Shown: piece after piece, positions 26,148 to 39,355 of the stretch
Layout of the letters: each line of letters opens with the position of its first letter
How positions within the stretch are numbered: position 1 is the first letter of the stretch
Origin: Strigamia acuminata
Lineage: Eukaryota
Direction: 5' to 3'
Assembly: GCA_949358305.1 (NCBI GenBank)
Contig: OX442314.1
Location: forward strand, 1,240,001 to 1,304,000
Length of the DNA: 64,000 nt
Notes under the pieces: model-generated
Database searches by the model: none
Told to the model about the DNA's origin: nothing
The model's input: the letters and a program-made list of their open reading frames with translations, nothing else
Translations under genes and position numbers: made by a program

Positions 26148-26942
26148 TTAATGTGTAATGTTTCAGGGGGCCCACTTGCCATTGGGCAAACTGGCCTTAT
26201 TGCCAGTCCCCCACTGCTTTGTACTGATACTGGACGGACAGTTTCAGAAGGGTTAATATCACCGCAAATCCAACAATAGAATGCGGGTATGAGTGCTAAT
26301 TTCAAAATCCAGATTTTAAAGACCCGCGATTCTGGAAGGATCTGGCGTGAATCCTCCGCATTTTATTATTACTTGTGCGGTGCAGAGAAGTTTCTAGCGG
26401 ACGTTTTCAATTTTTAGTTTAAAATAATTTTAGTTTTGTCTGATCCAAATAAGCAGAAGAGTGAATTCAACTGCAATCAGCAGATTGTCCTCCAAATTGA
26501 TAGAAAAGAAAACGTTGAACTTCAAGAACCTCAGAAATGAAGAAATTCTCGACAATTCTTGAAACAATTTTGTCAAATTTCAACCAGGTTCATATGTGTT
26601 TCCTCAGAGTGTGCTTGGTCCTGCCGCTCTGCTGGACATTTAAATTAATTGACTCTTTCTAGTGCATGTCAAACTAACAATTCGTGTTCATTTAATACAG
26701 ACCTTTTTTAAATTTGTAATGCAACAGATTTAAAATGTTTATGTGGATAGCTTTATTGAAGTAATATTTTATGGCCAGGAAATTTCAAAAGAGTTCACAT
26801 GTGCATGTGATTTTAAGACGAGTTCCATAAAGATAAATAACTTTAAGAAAAATTTTGTTATAGTAAATGAAGTAAACTTTATGACAAATGTAACTTTTAA
26901 AAATTAATGTACAATTTAAGTTATGTCTTCAACATACACGAG

Positions 26943-27158
26943 CAGTGGCGGATCTAGCATAGGGCCAATGGGGTTTGAGCCCAAGGCCCCCAAATTCTAA
27001 GGGGCCTCCAAGATACAAAGCGATGTACTAAAAAAAGAAAAAGAAAAAAGGTCGCTAAAAAAAGGAAAAAAGAAGAAAGGTTGCTATTAAAAATTTCAAT
27101 AAAGCGGCCCCGAAAAAACCTCAAGCCCAGGGCCCCCGAAAAGCTAGATTCACCCCTG
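26943..27158. mobile_element. hAT-type MITE
   Basis: TIR CAGTGGCGGATCTAGC / GCTAGATTCACCCCTG; 8-bp TSD TACACGAG / CACACGAG (one mismatch). Confidence 0.8.
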
Positions 27159-27379
27159 CACACGAGCCAGACTATCTCCCTTTACAGTTAGGACTAACAT
27201 GTGACATATGGATAGCTTTAACGTTGCCATATTTTATTGCTTCTTTTGAAACCAAAACGACACGATCCTGATTTTATACCAATTATAACTGTTTAAAAGG
27301 CAAATGTAGAGAGACAACAATGACATTCCCAAACCTAATCCTACAATACTACCGACATCACTTAACAATTGAGACAATA

Positions 27380-27924
27380 GTGAGTTTGCGGTTGCCAATT
27401 GTTCCTTATAATTATGAGTTACAAGCTCATAATTATAAAATTGGACTTATAACATAACGTAACTCCTCAATTTTTACACTATTTTGTAAAATAAGGGAGC
27501 CAATCAGATCGCTTAACACTATTTTAAGCTCCTCCCACTATTGCAAATGGCGCTGATGGTGCTAATAGAAATTCAAAATGGCTGCCTGACCTGTTTCAAC
27601 AATCAGCCTCAATCACAATTTCTTTCTGCCATCGAAGGATAGAAACAACTAAAATCATTCCAGGTCAGCAAATAAATGAACTGGAAGCCAATTTCATGTC
27701 TGAAAACTGTCAAATTAGTAAAACTACAGATTTTCATTTTCTTTTGCATATGGATTTGTTCTACCATTACATGCAAGAGATTTGTACTGTTCACATGGTA
27801 TTTATAAGTATAATTTATAAAATATTTATTGTACCGCAAGTGCCTATTTCAAGAAGGAATTATAATTATAATTATGAGCTTGTAACTCATAATTATAAGG
27901 AACAATTGGCAACCGCAAACTCAC
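27380..27924. mobile_element. TA-targeting MITE inserted in the last coding exon of ENaC gene B
   Basis: ~59-bp TIR GTGAGTTTGCGGTTGCCAATTGTTCCTTATAATTATGAGTTACAAGCTCATAATTATAA; TA at 27378-27379 and 27925-27926; removing the element and one TA restores AYPILSQLLSDVG in frame. Confidence 0.9.
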
Positions 27925-29170
27925 TATTGGATATGCTTGTTGCTCTTCTACACTCTCCAACAAAGTATCAGGGAATTCAATAACTATTAATGTGAAATAA
28001 TTATCTAAGAATTTAGTTCCATGCAAAAAATATTTGTAAAAACTAATTTCACATGGTAGTTTACATTTGCATTGTTTCTGATTTGAGTCAAAATTCTTTA
28101 GGTACATTAAATGAGCAGAAGTGGATTCATTTGTTGTGTTACAAGCTGGCAGATCCAGTCTCCATAAATAAGGCAATCTGAAACAAAAGTAGAACTAGAA
28201 ATGTGAAATTTATGTACTACCATGTATAGTTTATTTGCTGAATAAGCTAGACATGTTCATACTATATATGTACTGTATGTTGCAAACACAATACAATTAG
28301 AATATCTAAACTTACACACCTGCAGGTAACATTTTGAACTAAATTGTTTCTCAGGCAAGCCTTTTTACACATGAAGTAAGCACTTTTGTTCTTTTCACAT
28401 GGATTATTCTTCGTACTTCTTCGAATAATCTATTTCATAAAATAAGGTTAGTAAGTGTCAGCATTTATGGAATTTGTTTAATTTTCTACTTTAGATTCCC
28501 TAAGTGTTACTTGGTTCCACCAATAATAGTTTAAAGCCGACGGTGCCAAAATATTAACATCTTCTTCCAGATTATTTAGAAAAACCTAAATATTTTTATA
28601 ATTCAAAAGTAGATGAATGATAAATTATTTGAAAACATCTGTATGGTTTAAATTGATTAACACTCCAAGCAATAAGCAATAAGCTAAATATACACAGCTT
28701 AATTCCGTGCTCAGAATAGAAGAAAGTTCAGGCCAATATAGTACACACGCTTTGGTAGCACATGCAAGGAAATTATTTGGCAAGCGGAACTATACAGTAT
28801 AGTCTATTATTTCAGGCAGTGACAGTACACAAAAAATGAATGAGTGAATAGAATTTTTTTTTAATTTTTATGTATTTGTAATTGCTGGAAATTTCGTACT
28901 TTGTTTGGGTTGATGTTCGAACGGTGAATGGCACAATGGTGGAAATGTGCAGATTTGTCATTCAAAATTAATTTTATTGTTTCCAATGGGGAACTTAACT
29001 TTTTCGACATTAGAGGAGCATTTGAACATACATATAGGATTTTTGTAGTAATTAGACATATTGTTTCTAATTCATATCTTATGTTTATGTCTGTGAACAT
29101 CTTATCATATACGGTTCGAAAGATGAAAGAAGTATTCTGTGCAAAAATTTAAAGAGTGGCATGCATAGTA

Positions 29171-29586
29171 TACTCTTTCCACACTCAAGAAGAGCCCTGG
29201 AATCTTGGCTCCGACTGGCCTAGTCTGATTACTCAGAACTGTAGTCGAAGTTCTACCACAAGGGAAAGTAGTTCCGTATGATTTTAATTCCTTTTTAGTA
29301 TAATAATGATTCAAATGATGTACTTTTAATGTTACTCTAGAATAAAAACTAATTTCCATTTTACAAATAAAGTTTTATGTTCTTTTTATTTTAAAATGCA
29401 TGTCTGTTAAGTTGATCGCTTGCTTTGTCAGGAAAGGAAATCGATTGCAATGTATGTACTTCTATTTATATCTGTTTTATGCAATTCTGGTGTTTTGGGT
29501 CTTTTTTTATGTATCACTACACAAGTGAAATGTCTCGGCCAATGGGAGCCAAGATTCCAGAGCTCCTCTTGAGTGTGGAAAGAGTA
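29171..29586. mobile_element. TA-flanked MITE (416 bp), family shared with 37264-37680
   Basis: TIR TACTCTTTCCACACTCAAGA.GAGC.CTGGAATCTTGGCTCC and its reverse complement; TA on both sides. Confidence 0.8.
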
Positions 29587-29923
29587 TAGTTACTATGCCG
29601 CTACATCCTGGCAGGAGTGGTGCTAGGAGTTGTTTTTGTCGTTTGTCGGTGTGTTTGCTATCAATATTGGACAGCGGTGAGAGAAGTAAGAAATGTGTCT
29701 GTGCAAATGGGGTTATGTTGTTGATACATTGTTGATTCTCAAGGTTGTTCAAGCGCCATCTCTTATCGGGAAATGTTTCCCAGCGTGGCATTGTGAGGTT
29801 TGCTTGTGAGCTTGTGATTAGGTTAAGGTTTGCCAATAATTGGAGTTGGCACCAGTCGCTATTTCCGTTGATGGTGCTGGTTTACATTTTCACCAATAAG
29901 GACTGTTCTCTTAGGACATAGCT

Positions 29924-30502
29924 TGTGACCGCTTGGCCACTCACTGTGACCTGCATCACTCCACACACGCCCAGTGGCCCCGAAGTCGTTTCCCTTCGCA
30001 GAGTGGACTGATCTAGTTAGGGAAGGAGAGAGCTGAGTGGTGTGGTGAGAGAGCAGAGAGGAAGGATGCACTGTAGAGAGAAAGAGAAGACGTATGCTGC
30101 GAAGGTCCCGACGCCAGCAAGGGTAACCGTGCTTGCAGCTGACTCTGATCTTCTCACCATTCACCACTGTTATGTTCAGTGACATGGTGTTGCGCCTGTT
30201 GCAGCCTCCATGAGTGGCTACATGGTTTCATACTGTACGTGGTAAGTACGATAGAATGTCTTTTAGTAATCGACCACGTCACCCATGGGACTCATGCCCT
30301 GCGTGTGACGGAACGGTTGCTGGAGTAGCGTGCAAAAAAGCACTGCCACACATGGGTAGATGGGAGACTCCAACTCCTGGACAACGATTAAAGATCAAAA
30401 CCCAACAATCTGGAGTCCCTGTCTCAATCATTTACATGAGTATGCGTCCCTCCCATGGAAGTCAATCCCCAGACAACCGTGGGTAAGACCATACAAGTCA
30501 CA
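29924..30502 (+). mobile_element. Solo LTR (579 bp), same family as 12748-13331
   Basis: TGTGAC...GTCACA ends; TSD AGCT/AGTT (one mismatch); colinear similarity to the 12748 copy. Confidence 0.8.
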
Positions 30503-30920
30503 AGTTCTACGTCAGAAGAGTTTTTATTACATGTTAAATAGTGTTATTTAGATGTACACCCGTGGAAATAAAAAACTTCCCTTGGTAACCGTGATTTTCC
30601 ATTTGCCCACCAGAGGCATGAAAAACTGTTGAGATTGGATGACATCACAGATCCCACATGGATCTGTTTTCATTCTGCTGTTCCCATTGGCTTAATTGAT
30701 TACAAACAATACAAATACAATATTAATAAGTAGAAATTTTTGTTATTATTATTATTTGTGTAATTTTAAAATATTGTTAATAAAAACTATTAATTTATAT
30801 TTCAATAACTGCTTTGATTTCATTTTCTTATTATAATTATTTTATCTGATTTTTGGAAGAATTTATGCAAATTAGATAAATAGAAAAAATAAAAACAGAT
30901 ACAAAATATTAGAAATCAAG

Positions 30921-33084
30921 ATGCCACGTCTTACAAAACAACAAAAGGATAGGCTAACTGGACTTTATGATGCAGGGGTATTGTTTAAATTGTCAAACCA
31001 ACTTATTAATTTATTATTAAAACATCATTATTAAAAAAAATAACCAACAAGCAAAAATTTCAAAAATTCTATTCCTATACCGGTAGTATTGAAAAAAAAC
31101 ATTTTTAAACAAACAAGAATATTAAATTAATATCTTTTTAAATTTATAGTATTTTAAATTTAATATTTTAAATTTAGTATTTTGAAATTTGTAGTATTTT
31201 AAAATTTAATATTTTAAATTTAGTATTTTGAAATTTGTAGTATTTTAAAATTTATAGTGTTTTACTAGTTATAGTATTTTGAAATTATAGTGTTTTGAAT
31301 TTTATAGTGTTTTAAAATTTATAATGTTTTAAAATTTATAGTATTTTCAATTTTATTGCATTTTTAATTTCATAATATTTTTAATTTTATAATATTTTTA
31401 ATTTTATTTGCTATTTTAAAAACCCCAACATAAAAATTATCAAAAAAATGATTAAAAGACAAATAAACTACAAAAAATTGATAAAAAGACAAATAAACTA
31501 CAAAAAATTGATAAACTACAAAAAATTGATAAACTACAAAAAATTGCTAAAAAGACAAATAAACTACAAAAAATTGCTAAAAAGACAAATAAACTACAAA
31601 AAATTGCTAAAAAGACAAATAAACTACAAAAAATTGATAAAAAGACAAATAAACAACAAAAAATTGATAAACTACAAAAAATTGCTAAAAAGACAAATAA
31701 ACTACAAAAAATTGCTAAAAAGACAAATAAACAACAAAAAATTGATAAACTACAAAAAATTGATAAAAAGACAAATAAACTACAAAAAATTGCTAAAAAG
31801 ACAAATAAACTACAAAAAATTGCTAAAAAGACAAATAAACTACAAAAAATTGATAAAAAGACAAATAAACTACAAAAAATTGATAAAAAGATAAATAAAG
31901 TGTAATAAATTATTTAAAAGACAAATCAACCATGAAACAATCAAAAATGTATGAAAAACAAAAGAAATTTCTTTAACAATAAAAACATTTTCTTACAGAT
32001 GTCGGTGTCAGATATTGCTGAACAGCTAGGATGCAGTGATAAAACCGTTAGAAAGTGGGCACAACAATGGCGACAAGATCACAATGTGGATCGCCGAGTT
32101 GGGAGTGGGAGGCCAAGGAAAACAGATGAGCAGCAGGATGAAGCCATAGTCACCCACTCCCTGGCCAATCCATTTGATGGGTCACAGGCCATTAAGGCAC
32201 ACCTCCAGCTGGCTGTGACTTCAAGAACCATCCGCAACCGCCTGCGAGAGCACGGTTTGCATGGGCGAGTTGCTGCGCAGAGAGATTTGCTCACTGCTAA
32301 CCATCGGGCTCTGAGGGTTCAATTTTGTGAGCATAATCTGCTCCGAAATTGGAACAACGTTGTTTTTTCTGATGAGTCCCGAGTTAGTGTTGGTGGAAGT
32401 GGGCAAGTCTACGTGCGCAGGCCAACTGGCGATAGGTTTGATCCAGCCTTCGTCATGCCAAAGGTGAAATTTTCTCAAATCATGAAATATTCGAATAAAT
32501 AATTAATTTTAAATCTACTTAACATTTAATTCCAGAAAAGCAGTGGTCGGTTTGGGGTGAATGTGTGGGCCTGGCTGTCTCAAGGCGGACTTGGGCAGAT
32601 TTCCCGGCTAACTGGATTTTTGAATTCAGTTATGTATGTTGATACACTTGGCCGGGACTTACTGCCCAGTGCTGAAAGAAGATTTGGTGTCCAGCCTTGG
32701 GTCTTTCAGCACGACCGCGCACCGCCACACACAGCCCGAAACACCCAACAGTGGATGGCCCAACACATGGGACCAAACATTGAAATTTTGGAGTGGCCAG
32801 CGAGAGGTGCGGATTTGAACCCCATTGAGAACATCTGGGCAATTTTGAAGTCCAACCTGCAGAAGAAAGTAAATTAGCTGCAAATATAAATAAATTCTTG
32901 ATTTTTTTAATTCATTAAATTATTTCAGCCAATGGCAACAAATGCAGACGAATTGTGGGGTCAAATCCAAGACGTATGGCAACAGCTTGCCCTGGATGCA
33001 CAACTCGTGCCCAATTTGATATCATCAATGCCAAGGCGTGTTCAGGAAGTGGTTAACAACAATGGACATTGGATCCACTACTGA
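30921..33084 (+). CDS. Tc1-family transposase, DD37E triad, 4 exons (30921-30977, 31999-32463, 32536-32868, 32929-33084), 336 aa
   Basis: Three phase-0 GT-AG introns; motifs MPRLTKQQK, HTH (IAEQLGCSDKTVRKW), GRPRKT, VVFSDESR, FQHDRAPPH, WPARGADLNPIENIW, SMPRR..GHWIHY*; 37 residues counted between the second D and the E. Confidence 0.9.
31140..31894. repeat. AT-rich ~19-bp repeats and a 30-bp minisatellite (AAAAGACAAATAAACTACAAAAAATTGCTA) inside transposase intron 1
   Basis: Visible tandem arrays; they explain spurious ORF 31448..31894. Confidence 0.9.
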
Positions 33085-33876
33085 AAGCAGAACCATGTCA
33101 CCATTATTATCATCATTATTATTATTATTTTAAATTAACTTGTTTTTTTTATTTATTATTCAATTAGTTGTAATTCTTTGCAATTTGTTTTTTATTTTAA
33201 TTTGTTTTTGATTTTTGACAGTAGTAACTAATTAAATATAAATTTAATTTCCATGCAATAAACAAAAATACCTCTTATTGTGAAAGAATGTTTTATTTTC
33301 ATACCAACTTCTTGTAGGTGCTATAAAATATTTCAAACATTAATGTTTTATTCTGCAAATGATTATGACCACATTGATGAAAATACCTTATATGATATCA
33401 GTCATTTTTAGATTGCACGTGTGATTCTGGCAGCCTTCTATGTAAGCGCGCTCTACAAAAAAAATTAGATTTAAAGATGTGCAAAGATCCAAGCAAGGAA
33501 GGCAGCATCGCAGCAGAGCCCAGTTTGAACTGCCTAGCTGCGCACACAACAGACTGAAAGAACAACTCAAACCGCTATGTTTAAAAGAACCCACTAAAAT
33601 GGTGAATTTATTTTTAACGAGAACTAAGCAAAACTACGTAGAAAAAGAAGAAGACATCTTAGGACTAACATCCAACAGTCGCAACAACAAAAAACCTAGC
33701 AACAACAAACAATCAGGACGACCGATTCAGTTAAAAGATAACAGCTAACTTACTCATGAAAAAACGAATTGGTTCTAGTGATAAATTAAAGCATTAAAGC
33801 TAGCAAAAAATACATAGCCGTAACAGAAATAAATACAAACAGCACAAATGCATATCAAATAAATTTGCACTGATCA

Positions 33877-34407
<531 letters not shown>

Positions 34408-36527
34408 GTAACAAAATCGTTATTTTTTTGTTACATTAAAACCATCAAATACATTCACCCGACTTTAAAAACAAAAACAAACCAGGCCGCTCTTCGCACG
34501 TGATATGCGTTTAGACCAGATAAATAATAAAAATCGCGACGTCTGTTGATTTGAAACGTAAAAAGAGCGACGCTGGATGCATTCGTCGTTTTCGTTTTTC
34601 TCCACTTGACGTGGCCACTCTCGGCTTCCGACGCTTCGTGTTTTACACCGACATTTGATGGATTTTGCGGCGTCCACATCATTCCTTTGCTCTGGATCCA
34701 ACCGCTGTTCGGATTACCCGTTCCGCCGGTCTGGTGCACCAATTCCAGCACAAATTGACCGTCTGTCGTGTAAATAAATGCGAAAAATAATTAAAATGAT
34801 TAAAACGATCAAAAATCGTCAATTTTTTACGATTTTACTCAATTATTGCCTAAATAAAAACTTAGATTACCGTTCTTGTTGTTCTCGGTATGATTCGTGC
34901 ATGTTTCGTGATGTTTCGTGTTGATTTGCGTCGATAAACAACGTCGGAGCGTTGAATTTCCGTTCGTGCACGAGTTTTTTGAGAAATTCGTGCGCAGTTG
35001 CGGTTGCTGGCACTCGTTGGGGTCCGTGGAACGTTGAGCACATCCAGAACTGTTTATGGATGAATCAGAGTGAATTCGAAGGTGAAAACCGAAGTGAACA
35101 AAGCAGGTCGGCCATTTTGAGATCAGGTTTAGTTCTGTGATGTCATACAAACTCTGTGAATTTTCATGCCTCTGGTGGGAAAATTTACAACTGCCGTTAC
35201 CAAGGGAAGTTTTTTATTTCCACGGGTGTACCTTTAGATGCTGGTCACATAGTTTTGAAGGAAATAGATTTTCAAATGTAATGTAAAGGTAAGCGTTTAA
35301 GTCTTTTGATTGTTCTGAAAAACATTGGAAGGGTATGAATTAATTTTAAGATGCATCAGCCAGACAGGATTTTTACTGGAAATATTATCCCAACCAAAAA
35401 ATTAAATTATTACAAAAAAGTGAGTTTTGTGAGAATAATCAAATAATGTATCGGAAAAGTAATACTCCGTAATATAATTAAACATCTTGTAATCTCGGTC
35501 GTTTTAAGTGTACTTTTTTTTTTAGCCCTCCTGAAGCTTGGTTCAGACTTGTGTATAGGCTGCGGATACATAGCTCAAAAATAGGTCAATTCTGCAATAA
35601 CATGATGTAGGGATTCACTCCAGTTTGGTTATGATAGGAATTAAGTCATAATTGCTCATATTTTCTTTCAGCATGACTCATTATGTGTTATATGATTATT
35701 TAGTTCAATTTACTATTGGGCATCTTGCAAGTTATGCTAGATGCCATGTCAGTTTTTACAATATAAGATCTTATGTATAGATAGTTTACTGTGTTTAGCA
35801 CAGTCGTTTGCGCAATTGCCAACAGGTGGCAATAACTGTATTATTGCTTTCTTGTTCTGCCACTAGAGTGGCTATTGTGCACTCTTCCTTTGTTTTGTCT
35901 AGCAGCAAGATGGCTGCCTCCATGCTAAGATGGATTACATGTAAAGTATTGTTTGTTTTTAGTTATAATTAAAGTTGGTTTATTTTCTAGATAAGTTTGA
36001 CGGTTATTACTCTACTTTACTCTTGTATACATTGAATTTGTGCAATATAGAGCGCAAATTAATGCACTAGGAGCAAGGTGTAAATTCATTCATGCATGAG
36101 AAATTTTAATGAGTAAACATTTTTATCGTGCATTTTCACACTTTGACATCAAATGAACAAAAAGACATCATGTTTGAGCATCTGCCACTGCAATTTTTTT
36201 CCGCTTATCCCAACAACACCTACATTGCGAATTGTTGGAGCCATATTTGATGGTGAAAGACAATAATGTCTTGACAATGATGACATGAGCTGTGATTTGC
36301 TGCTGGAAAAATTGCAAAAAAAAATCCTGCAGAATAATATAAAATATTCCTATTTTCAAAATCTGCAGAAAATCCGCAGAAAATCCTTATTTTAACAGGA
36401 AGTAACGTCATTTTGAGCATTTTTAGTATCCGTAGAGATGGATTTACAGTTTGGGAATCATTCTGGTGGCTTTATTTGAGGCCCGTAATTGCCACACATC
36501 TTTTTTGCACCAGACTTGATTTATGAC

Positions 36528-37061
36528 TAGACCCCGGATACATATGCAAAATAAATTTCGTTATATGCGCATATAATATGCACCAAAAATTCCAATAAAT
36601 GCAAAAAAAAAATAAAATATGCAAAATAAAAAAATTTATTCGAGTGAAATGAGGTGTTAAATAACAACTTAATGCCATTTCAAAGTGTTCTTGGTGTAAA
36701 TGAACGAAAATTAGTAATTACAATTCATTTTTTTCTATTTTTTTATTTGTTTATTTGTTTATATCTTAAAACTTTTTCCAGACACTAATTTAGTGACTTC
36801 CCCTGGTGTCTGTTTTTGGCGAAATTTACAGTTTTCCGAACGTAAGCATACGTACATGATACGTGTCTTAAAAAAAGCAAAAAATTGATACGTACGTGTT
36901 ACGTATCGTTAAAAAGAGATACAAATCGCCGTTTTTTCCCGGAAAAATGGCAATATATGCATTTATTTTCCGATTTTCGGAAAATATGCAATTTAAGCCA
37001 ATTTCGGCTATATATGCAATATACATATGAAGTATGCATTTATGCATTTATCCGGGGTCAA
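36528..37061. mobile_element. hAT-type MITE
   Basis: TIR TAGACCCCGGATA / TATCCGGGGTCAA; 8-bp TSD TTTATGAC (36520-36527, 37062-37069); subterminal ATATGCA repeats. Confidence 0.85.
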
Positions 37062-37263
37062 TTTATGACCCTCTGACAGTGCTAAAGTGTGAACTAGTAG
37101 AAATTAAATTTCTAATTTACCTGTGTTTATCCGTGAACAATTGCCGAAAGGAAGAGGAATAGGATGCTTTGATATGTTTAGCGCTATTTTATATCCGTAC
37201 CATTTCTACAAAAAAAAATTTATTGTAATTTCTTTTTGGATGATATAAAACAAAAGAGTACTA

Positions 37264-37680
37264 CACTCTTGTTCGACTCAAAAGGGTGGCCTTCTCCCAT
37301 TGGCCGAGCCGCATTACTCCTAACTACAGCCTGTATTACTACCACTAGGAGAAGTAGTTTTATTTTTATTATGTTTTGTGATTGCTATTACCATTTAAGT
37401 TGATATAATTTTAATTGTATTTTTTCTAAAATGTTATTTCCATTTAGAAAATAAAGTTTTATGCACAAATAAATGTAAAACTCGTGTTTGTTCTGTTTAT
37501 TGGTTGCTTTGTCTGGAAAGCACAATATTTTGAAATTTGGGCCATTACCTAGGCAATCGATTACAATGTCTGTACATTGTAATGCATTTTTGGTGTTTGA
37601 GTCTATATTTTTGGATCACTACACCAGTGATACGGCTCGGCCAATGAGAGAAGGCCACCCTTTTGAGTCGAACAAGAGTA
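37264..37680. mobile_element. TA-flanked MITE (417 bp), related to 29171-29586
   Basis: TIR (C/T)ACTCTTGTTCGACTCAAAAGGGTGGCCTTCTC.CATTGGCCGAGCCG; TA on both sides; sits 7 bp inside an intron of gene B. Confidence 0.82.
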
Positions 37681-38750
37681 TAAAATACCTCATTTTCAAT
37701 ATCAATGGTATCATGAACATTGAGTGTTTCCCAAATTTCTTCCAGTGACAAATTGTTATTGAACATTTGCCAGGGTGATATTTCATTGCAAGTTTTGTTG
37801 GTGTGTTTCAGTAAGTATGATCTGACGGCATCCATAGCATTACTTTGCTTTTCACCACAAACTGTGACTGACCGATATTCGGTGTAGCGACGTTGAGCTA
37901 TTCTAACAATTGTTGTTACCGGTTCATCAATGTAGTAGTTGATACGAATTTGCAAGCAGTATAAAGTGAATCCCGCAATGACAAATACGAGCACAAACTT
38001 AAACCTTTCTAAGACTCCATTTGTTATAGGTTTACCTTTGCTTGCAATGACTTTCTTCTTGCATATCTCGTACAGAGGGCAAATCTTATCGATGGATGAT
38101 ATTTCTTGGTGAATGTTCGTTGCAACATAGTATAAATACACAATGATTTCAGGTATTGAAATTAATGCTAGGCCGAAAAACAAGCCAAGATTGCCTCCTA
38201 AATCTGACAGAAGAGCAATTGCGTCGTAGGTGTATCGTTCTTCATACACACTTATTTTGTCATTAGTAATTGCTAGAGATACAGATACAGATTTGGTATC
38301 ATCTGCTATGCCTATTTCAGTGGAAGGTGTAAAGGTTATTTGGTGACATGGACGTCGACAGAGACAAACTGTAATGGGATTTGTGGTTTGAATCAACTGC
38401 ATTGCAGCAACTAGATGCGTGTTTATGTTTTTCGAACATTTGCAAAGTGGTAAATCGATCTTCATAAAGGGAAATCTTTAATGGAAGATTTGTAATTATT
38501 ATTTTTTGATGTAGAACTACATCTTTCTCACAAAGCGAGCTGCAACAATTGGACTGGAGCAACATGGGAAATGGAAATGACGTAGGGAAGGGAAATGTTG
38601 TAGGTATGGAACGGAAATGTCGTTGGGAATGGCAACTGAAACAAAAAGAACAAACGAACAAAGTGATACAACATGTGCAGCCACCCTGTCTGCTGACGGC
38701 ACAATACAATGTGAAACAATGTACACGTCTAAGAACTCAAAGTATAAGTA

Positions 38751-39129
38751 CCGTATATTATCGATTACTACACGGGCCTCTATTAGCCCGCGGGCCTCGA
38801 ATTGCGCGCGGGGCAAATTTTATTTTTGCCAATAATGCGCGGGCCTCGAATTGCGCGCGGATACAGAATTGGAGGCCCGAAATGTGCCAAAAAAGGTTCA
38901 CAAATGACACGTTTTGCATACGTTTCGGCAGAAAATTACCGAAACGTATGGAAAACGTCTCAATTGTCACCTTTTTAGGTGATTTTTGTTGCCGATATGT
39001 TAAAAAAACCCAGCATCGGCCAGTCGGCCGATGCTTGGTGTAAATAGTCCGCGGGCCTCTAATAGCCCGCGGGCCTGCAATACCGCGCGGGTCAAATAGC
39101 GCACCCGTGCGCTATTTGCAAATATACGG
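38751..39129. mobile_element. TA-flanked MITE with CCGTATATT ends (pogo/Tc1-mariner-like)
   Basis: TA-CCGTATATT...AATATACGG-TA; internal CGCGGGCCTC repeats. Confidence 0.75.
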
Positions 39130-39144
39130 TAATAACAAGAAAAC

Positions 39145-39355
39145 TGTAACCGTTTGGCCACCCTGCGTGGCCTACGTCACTCCACACACCGCCTAGTGAC
39201 CCCAAGCCATCCCCCTCACGGAATGGACCGGCCTAGCAGGGGAGGAGGGAGCTGAGTGGTGTGCTGAGAGAGAGACGTTGCTGAGAGAGCCGAGAGGGCG
39301 AAGACGTGTCAGGGTGAGCTGCCACGATCCCAACCACAGCACTTGTCCCATCACA
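39145..39355 (+). mobile_element. Internally deleted remnant of the same solo-LTR family
   Basis: Starts TGTAACCGTTTGGCCAC; contains CACTCCACACAC and GAGCTGAGTGGTGTG like the 29924 copy; ends TCACA; flanks AAAC/AATC. Confidence 0.65.

Noticed and set aside
27380..27924. Introner-like element that splices out cleanly
   Set aside because: A donor is present, but the nearest downstream AG gives an immediate stop; no in-frame acceptor found.
31448..31894. KRQINYKKL-repeat ORF
   Set aside because: Minisatellite within transposase intron 1.
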